Shown piece after piece: positions 57,110-64,000 of a DNA stretch of 64,000 nucleotides. Position numbers and translations under genes: made by a program. The stretch is from the human T2T-CHM13v2.0 reference genome, Homo sapiens, in assembly GCF_009914755.1 (NCBI RefSeq), contig NC_060948.1, one strand, 5' to 3'. The notes beneath the pieces are model-generated. The model saw only the letters and a list, made by a program, of their open reading frames with translations. It was not told where the DNA came from and made no database searches. Each line of letters starts with the position of its first letter. The stretch's first letter is position 1.

Positions 57110-60100
57110 AAGGGATTGGAATGGACTCGAATGGAATGGACTGCAATAGAAAGGACTCGAATGGAATGAAAAAGAATTGAATGGAATAGAACAGAATGGA
57201 ATCAAATCGAATGAAATGGAATGGAATAGAAAGGAATGGAATGAAATGGAATGGAAAGGATTCGAATGGAATGCAATCGAATGGAATGGAATCGAACGGA
57301 ATGGAATAAAATGGAAGAAAACTGGCTAGAAATGGAATCGAAAGGAATGGAGTGTTATGGAACGGACTCAAAAGGAATTGAATGTAATAGAATGGAGTGG
57401 AGTGGACTCGAATATAATGGACTGGAATGGAATGAAATCACATGGAATGGGAACGAATGGAATGGAATGGAAAGGAATGGAATCGAATGGAAAGGAATCG
57501 AATGGAAGGGAATGAAATTGAATCAACAGGAATGGAAGGGAATAGAATAGACGGTAATGGAATGGACTCGAATAGAATGGACACGAATGCTCAAATTGAA
57601 TGGACTCGAATGGAATGGAAACGAAAGGAATGTCATCGAATGGAATTGAATCGATTGGAATGAAATGGCATAGAATGGAGTGGAATCAAATGGAATTGAA
57701 TCGAAAGGAAAGGAAGCGAATGGACTGAAATGAAATGGAATGGAATTGAATGGAAAGTAATGCAATGGAATAGAATGGAACGAAATTTCACGGAATGGAA
57801 TCAAACTGAATGGAATCAAATCAATGGAATCTAATCAAATGGAATGGAAAGGAATTGAATGGAATAGATTGGATTGGATGGGATTGGAATGAAATGTACT
57901 GGAAAGGACTCGAATTTCATGAAACGGAATGGAATGAATTGGAACGGAGTGGACTCGAATGGAATGGAATGTCATGGAATGGCATCAAATGGAATGGCAT
58001 CAAATGGAATGGAATCGAATGCAATGGAATGCTATGGAATGGAATGGAATGCATTGGAATGGAATGTCCTCTAATGGAATGGATTCGAGTGGAATGGAAT
58101 CGAATATAATGGAGTCGAATGAAATGGAATTGAAAGGAATGGGATCGAATACAATGGAATATACTGGAATGTAATGTAATGAACTCGAATGTAATTGACT
58201 GGAATGGAATGTACATGAATGGAATGTAATCGAATGGAAAGTAATCCAATGGAATAGAATCTAATGCAATAAAATCGACTCAGATAGAGTAGAATGTAAT
58301 GGAATGGAGTGCAGTGCAATGCAATTGAATGGAATGGAATGCAATGGAATGGAATGGAATGGAATGGAATGGAATGGAATGGAATGGAATGGGATGGAAT
58401 GGTATGGAATGGATAGTAATGGACTGGAGTGAAATGGACTGGAAAGGAATGGACTCAAATTGAAAGGGCTCGAAAGGAATGGAGTCAAATGGAATGGTCT
58501 GGAATGGAATGAACACGAATGTAATGCAATCCAATAGAATGGAATCGAATGGCATGGAATATAAAGAAATGGAATCGAAGAGAATGGAAACAAATGGAAT
58601 GGAATTGAATGGAATGGGAACGAATGGAGTGAAATTGTATGCAGTAGAAGAGAATAGAATGGAATGCAAGCGAAAGGAAAGGAATGGATTGGAATGGAAT
58701 GGAATTCATTGGAATGGAAGGGAATGTAGTGTAATGGACAGGCCTGGAATAAAGTGGAATGCTACGGTCTCGAATGGAATAAAAATGTATGGAATGGAAT
58801 GCAATGAAACGGAATCGAATGTCATAGAATGTAATGGAATGCAAAAAAATGGAATCCAAAATCATTGACTGGAAAGGCTGGGTGTCGAAAGGAATTGACT
58901 CCAATGGAATGGAATCGAATGGAATGGAAGTGAATAGAATCGAACTAAATCGAATGGAATGGAATTGATAGGAACGGAATGGAAAGGAATGCAATGATTT
59001 GGCATGGAATGGAATCGAATGGCATCGAATGGAATGGAATGGAATGCAATGGAATGGAATGTATTAGAATGTAATGAACTTTAATGGAATGTACTCGAAT
59101 GGATTCGACTGGAATGGAATGTTCTGGAAGTGAATGGACTCCAATGGAATGGATTCAAAAGGAATGGAATCGTACGGAATGGAATCTAATGGAATGGAAT
59201 TAAATGGAAATGAATCAAATTGAATAGCACGGAATTGAATTGAATGGAATGGAATGCAATGGAATCTAATGAAACGGAAAGGAAAGGAATGGAATGGAAT
59301 GGAATGGACTGGAATGGAAAGGAATCGAAACGAATGGAATGGAATCGAACTGAAGAGACTGGAATGGAATGCACTGGAATGGAAGGGAGTGTAATGGAAG
59401 GTTCTCGAAAAAAATGCAATCGAATGGAATGGAATTGAATGGAACGGAATAGAGTCGAATGGAATTGAATGGAATGGAATGGACTAGAGTGAAATGGAAT
59501 CGAACCACAAGGAATGGACAGGAATAGAATGGTCTCGAATTGAATGGAATCGTATGGAATGGCATCAAACGGAATGGAATGGACAGCCACGGAATGGAAT
59601 GCACTCGAATGCAATGGAGTCGAAACTAATGGACTGGAATAGAATGGACTCGACTGGTACGGACTCAAATGGAATGGAATCGAATGGAAGGGAATCGAAC
59701 GGAATGGACTCGAAGGGAAAAGACTGCAATGGAAAGGTCTCGAATGGAATGGAAATTAATGGAATGGAATGGAATCGAAAGAAATGGAGTCAAAAGGAAT
59801 GGAATCGAATGGCAAGAAATCGAATGTAATGGAATCGCAAGGAATTGATGTGAACCGAATGGAATGGAATGGAATCCAAAGGAATGGAATAGAATGGAAT
59901 GGAATCGAATGGAAAAGACTCGAATGGAAATCACTCGAATAGTATGCAATTTAATAAAATAGGATCAAATGTAATGGAATGGAATGGAAAGCAATCGAAA
60001 CGAAAGGAATGGAGACAGATGGAATGGAATAGAACAGAGAGCAATGGTATAGAATGGAATGGAATCATCTGGAATGGAATTGAATGGAATGGAATAATAT

Positions 60101-60647
60101 GAAATGGAATGGAATGGAATGGAATGGAATGCCCTTGAATTAAATGGACTGGAATGGAATGGACTCGAACAGAGTGGAATGGAAAGTGTTGAGATAGAAT
60201 GGAATGGACTCCTTTGGAATGGTGTAGTATGCAATACAATCGACTAGCAGGGAATCAAAAGGAATGTAATCGAATGGATTGGACTGGAATGCAATGGACT
60301 CGAATAGATTGCAAACGGAATGCAAAGGAATGGAATGGAATAGTATGGAATGGAATGGAAAGGAATGGAGTGGAATAGACTAGAGTGGAATGGAATGGAC
60401 TGGAAAGCAATGGACTGGAATGGAACTTTCTTGAATGGACTGGAATCAAACGGAATGGAATGCAATGCAATCAAATGGCATGGAATAAAATAGAATGAAA
60501 GAGAATCAAATGGAATTGAATCGAATGGAATCGAATGGATTGGAAAGAATAGAATGGAATGGAATGGAATGGACTAGAATGGAATGGATTCGAATGGAAG
60601 GCAAAGGAATGGAATCTATTGGAATGGACTGTAATGGAATGGAATGG
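57110..60647 (+). repeat. Macro-unit U17 (3538 bp), first half U15-like, divergent second half
   Basis: Landmark spacing; 15-bp deletion near 58605; 1-bp plus 15-bp deletions near 60545-60570. Confidence 0.93.
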
Positions 60648-63600
60648 AAGGGATTGGAATGGACTCGAATGGAATTGACTGCAATAGAAAGGATTCGAAT
60701 GGAATGAAAAAGAATTGAATGGAATAGAACAGAATGGAATCAAATCGAATGAAATGGAATGGAATAGAAAGGAATGGAATGAAATGGAATGGAAAGGATT
60801 CGAATGGAATGCAATCGAATGGAATGGAATCGAACGGAATGGAATAAAATGGAAGAAAACTGGCAAGAAATGGAATCGAAAGGAATGGAGTGTTATGGAA
60901 CGGACTCAAAAGGAATTGAATGTAATAGAATGGAGTGGAGTGGACTCGAATATAATGGACTGGAATGGAATGAAATCACATGGAATGGGAACGAATGGAA
61001 TGGAATGGAAAGGAATGGAATGGAATGGAAAGGAATCGAATGGAAGGGAATGAAATTGAATCAACAGGAATGGAAGGGAATAGAATAGACGGTAATGGAA
61101 TGGACTCGAATAGAATGGACACGAATGCTCAAATTGAATGGACTCGAAAGGAATGGAAAGGAAAGGAATGTCATCGAATGGAATTGAATCGATTGGAATG
61201 AAATGGCATAGAATGGAGTGGAATCAAATGGAATTGAATCGAAAGGAAAGGAAGCGAATGGACTGAAATGAAATGGAATGGAATTGAATGGAAAGTAATG
61301 CAATGGAATAGAATGGAACGAAATTTCACGGAATGGAATCAAACTGAATGGAATCAAATCAATGGAATCTAATCAAATGGAATGGAAAGGAATTGAATGG
61401 AGTAGATTGGATTGGATGGGATTGGAATGAAATGTACTGGAAAGGACTCGAATTTCATGAAACGGAATGGAATGAATTGGAACAGAATGGACTCGAATGG
61501 AATGGAATGTCATCGAATGGCATCAAATGGAATGGCATCAAATGGAATGGAATCGAATGCAATGGAATGCTATGGAATGGAATGGAATGCATTGGAATGG
61601 AATGTCCTCTAATGGAATGGATTCGAGTGGAATGGAATCGAATATAATGGAGTCGAATGAAATGGAATTGAAAAGAATGGGATCGAATACAATGGAATAT
61701 ACTGGAATGTAATGTAATGAACTCGAATGTAATTGACTGGAATGGAATGTACATGAATGGAATGTAATCGAATGGAAAGTAATCCAATGGAATAGAATGT
61801 AATGCAATAAAATCGACTCAGATAGAGTAGAATGTAATGGAATGGAGTGCAGTGCAATGGAATGGAATGGAATGGAATGCAATGGAATGGAATGGAATGG
61901 AATGGAATGGGATGGAATGGTATGGAATGGATAGTAATGGACTGGAGTGAAATGGACTGGAATGGAATGGACTCAAATTGAAAGGGCTCGAAAGGAATGG
62001 AGACAAATGGAATGGTCTGGAATGGAATGAACACGAATGTAATGCAATCCAATAGAATGGAGTCGAATGGCATGGAATATAAAGAAATGGAATCGAAGAG
62101 AATGGAAACAAATGGAATGGAATTGAATGGAATGGAATTGAATGGAATGGGTACGAATGGAGTGAAATTGTATGCAGTAGAAGAGAATAGAATGGAATGC
62201 AAGCGAAAGGAAAGGAATGGATTGGAATGGAATGGAATTCATTGGAATGGAAGGGAATGTAGTGTAATGGACAGGCCTGGAATAAAGTGGAATGCTACGG
62301 TCTCGAATGGTATAAAAATGTATGGAATGGAATGCAATGAAACGGAATCGAATGTCATAGAATGTAATGGAATGCAAAAAAATGGAATCCAAAATCATTG
62401 ACTGGAAAGGCTGGGTGTCGAAAGGAATTGACTCCAATGGAATGGAATCGAATGGAATGGAAGTGAATAGAATCGAACTAAATCGAATGGAATGGAATTG
62501 ATAGGAACGGAATGGAAAGGAATGCAATGATTTGGCATGGAATGCAATCGAATGGCATCGAATGGAATGGAATGGAATGCAATGGAATGGAATGTATTAG
62601 AATGTAATGAACTTTAATGGAATGTACTCGAATGGATTCGACTGGAATGGAATGTTCTGGAAGTGAATGGACTCCAATGGAATGGATTCCAAAGGAATGG
62701 AATCGTACGGAATGGAATCTAATGGAATGGAATTAAATGGAAATGAATCAAATTGAATAGCACGGAATTGAATTGAATGGAATGGAATGCAATGGAATCT
62801 AATGAAACGGAAAGGAAAGGAATGGAATGGAATGGAATGGGCTGGAATGGAAAGGAATCGAAACGAATGGAATGGAATCGAACTGAAGAGACTGGAATGG
62901 AATGCACTGGAATGGAAGGGAGTGTAATGGAAGGTTCTCGAAAAAAATGGAATCGAATGGAATGGAATTGAATGGAACGGAATAGAGTCGAATGGAATTG
63001 AATGGAATGGAATGGACTAGAGTGAAATGGAATCGAACCACAAGGAATGGACAGGAATAGAATGGTCTCGAATTGAATGGAATCGTATGGAATGGCATCA
63101 AACGGAATGGAATGGACAGCCACGGAATGGAATGCACTCGAATGCAATGGAGTCGAAACTAATGGACTGGAATAGAATGGACTCGACTGGTACGGACTCA
63201 AATGGAATGGAATCGAATGGAAGGGAATCGAACGGAATGGACTCGAAGGGAAAAGACTGCAATGGAAAGGTCTCGAATGGAATGGAAATTAATGGAATGG
63301 AATGGAATCGAAAGAAATGGAGTCAAAAGGAATGGAATCGAATGGCAAGAAATCGAATGTAATGGAATCGCAAGGAATTGATGTGAACGGAATGGAATGG
63401 AATGGAATCCAAAGGAATGGAATAGAATGGAATGGAATCGAATGGAAAAGACTCGAATGGAAATCACTCGAATAGAATGCAATTTAATAAAATAGGATCA
63501 AATGTAATGGAATGGAATGGAAAGCAATCGAAACGAAAGGAATGGAGACAGATGGAATGGAATAGAACAGAGAGCAATGGTATAGAATGGAATGGAATCA

Positions 63601-64000
63601 TCTGGAATGGAATTGAATGGAATGGAATAATATGAAATGGAATGGAATAGAATGGAATGGAATGCCCTTGAATTAAATGGACTGGAATGGAATGGACTCG
63701 AACAGAGTGGAATGGAAAGTGTTGAGATAGAATGGAATGGACTCCTTTGGAATGGTGTAGTATGCAATACAATCGACTAGCAGGGAATCAAAAGGAATGT
63801 AATCGAATGGATTGGACTGGAATGCAATGGACTCGAATAGATTGCAAACGGAATGCAAAGGAATGGAATGGAATAGTATGGAATGGAATGGAAAGGAATG
63901 GAGTGGAATAGACTAGAGTGGAATGGAATGGACTGGAAAGCAATGGACTGGAATGGAACTTTCTTGAATGGACTGGAATCAAACGGAATGGAATGCAATG
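60648..64000 (+). repeat. Macro-unit U18 (partial, truncated by window end)
   Basis: Landmark at 60648; GGCC at 62274. Confidence 0.92.

Larger units (their letters stand above)
1..64000 (+). repeat. Human satellite III (HSat3) degenerate (GGAAT)n pentamer array, continuing past both window edges
   Basis: Every line is GGAAT or a variant (CGAAT, GCAAT, GGACT, TGAAT, AGAAT, GTAAT, GGAAA). The purine-rich strand is on + throughout, with no strand switch or non-satellite insert. Confidence 0.99.
1..64000 (+). repeat. DYZ1: DYZ1-type ~3.56 kb macro-repeat (Yq12 heterochromatin), about 18 tandem copies
   Basis: The landmark GGACAGGCCTGGAAT recurs once per unit, with GGCC at 1652, 5256, 8860, 12464, 16043, 19616, 23205, 26799, 30338, 33917, 37467, 41006, 44560, 48099, 51643, 55197, 58741 and 62274. 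One GAATTC lies 39 bp upstream of it (1613 in unit 1). A ~3.5-3.6 kb pentamer-based unit cut once by HaeIII and EcoRI is the classical description of DYZ1. The chromosome assignment is from family knowledge. Confidence 0.9.

Noticed and set aside
68-63998. Hundreds of ORFs encoding MEWNG- or HSIPF-type repeats
   Set aside because: These are direct translations of the pentamer, which has no stop codon on either strand. They overlap in several frames, many begin at non-ATG codons, show no domain signature, and break with unit-specific indels.
1-64000. CRISPR-like array, diversity-generating cassette or other prokaryotic system
   Set aside because: There is no repeat-spacer structure, no unique spacers and no associated genes. 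The variation is SNVs and pentamer indels among tandem copies.
1-64000. DYZ2/Alu/L1 insertion, inversion or array boundary
   Set aside because: No AT-rich HSat1B or Alu sequence, poly-A tail, target-site duplication or ATTCC-oriented block is seen. Landmark spacing leaves no room for an insert.
1-64000. G-quadruplex or telomere-like repeat
   Set aside because: There are only GG doublets with rare isolated GGG, and no TTAGGG runs. Non-B folding of (GGAAT)n is a generic satellite property that cannot be localised here.

Overview
The whole 64 kb window is one uninterrupted, single-orientation array of human satellite III: degenerate (GGAAT)n on the + strand, (ATTCC)n on the - strand. It is organised into about 18 tandem macro-units of 3,535-3,604 bp, each with one HaeIII (GGCC) and one constant EcoRI (GAATTC) site. 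This matches the DYZ1 repeat of human Yq12 heterochromatin (assignment from family knowledge, not a database search). I found no credible genes, RNA genes, mobile elements, inversions or unique sequence. Every ORF in the track is a low-complexity by-product of the pentamer. I see no new protein-coding system. The structure worth following up is non-coding. (1) Three perfect nGAAnnTTCnnGAAn heat-shock elements sit at fixed positions in each unit, within a dense lattice of TEAD-type GGAATG motifs. (2) Shared variants reveal higher-order structure: an approximately 4-unit period plus a single-unit duplication in the left half, and an approximately 2-unit (7.1 kb) period in the right half. (3) There are subfamily transitions at about 29 kb and about 59.6 kb, mosaic units, and a strongly preserved 5-bp register. 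All comparisons were made by eye and need alignment to confirm.
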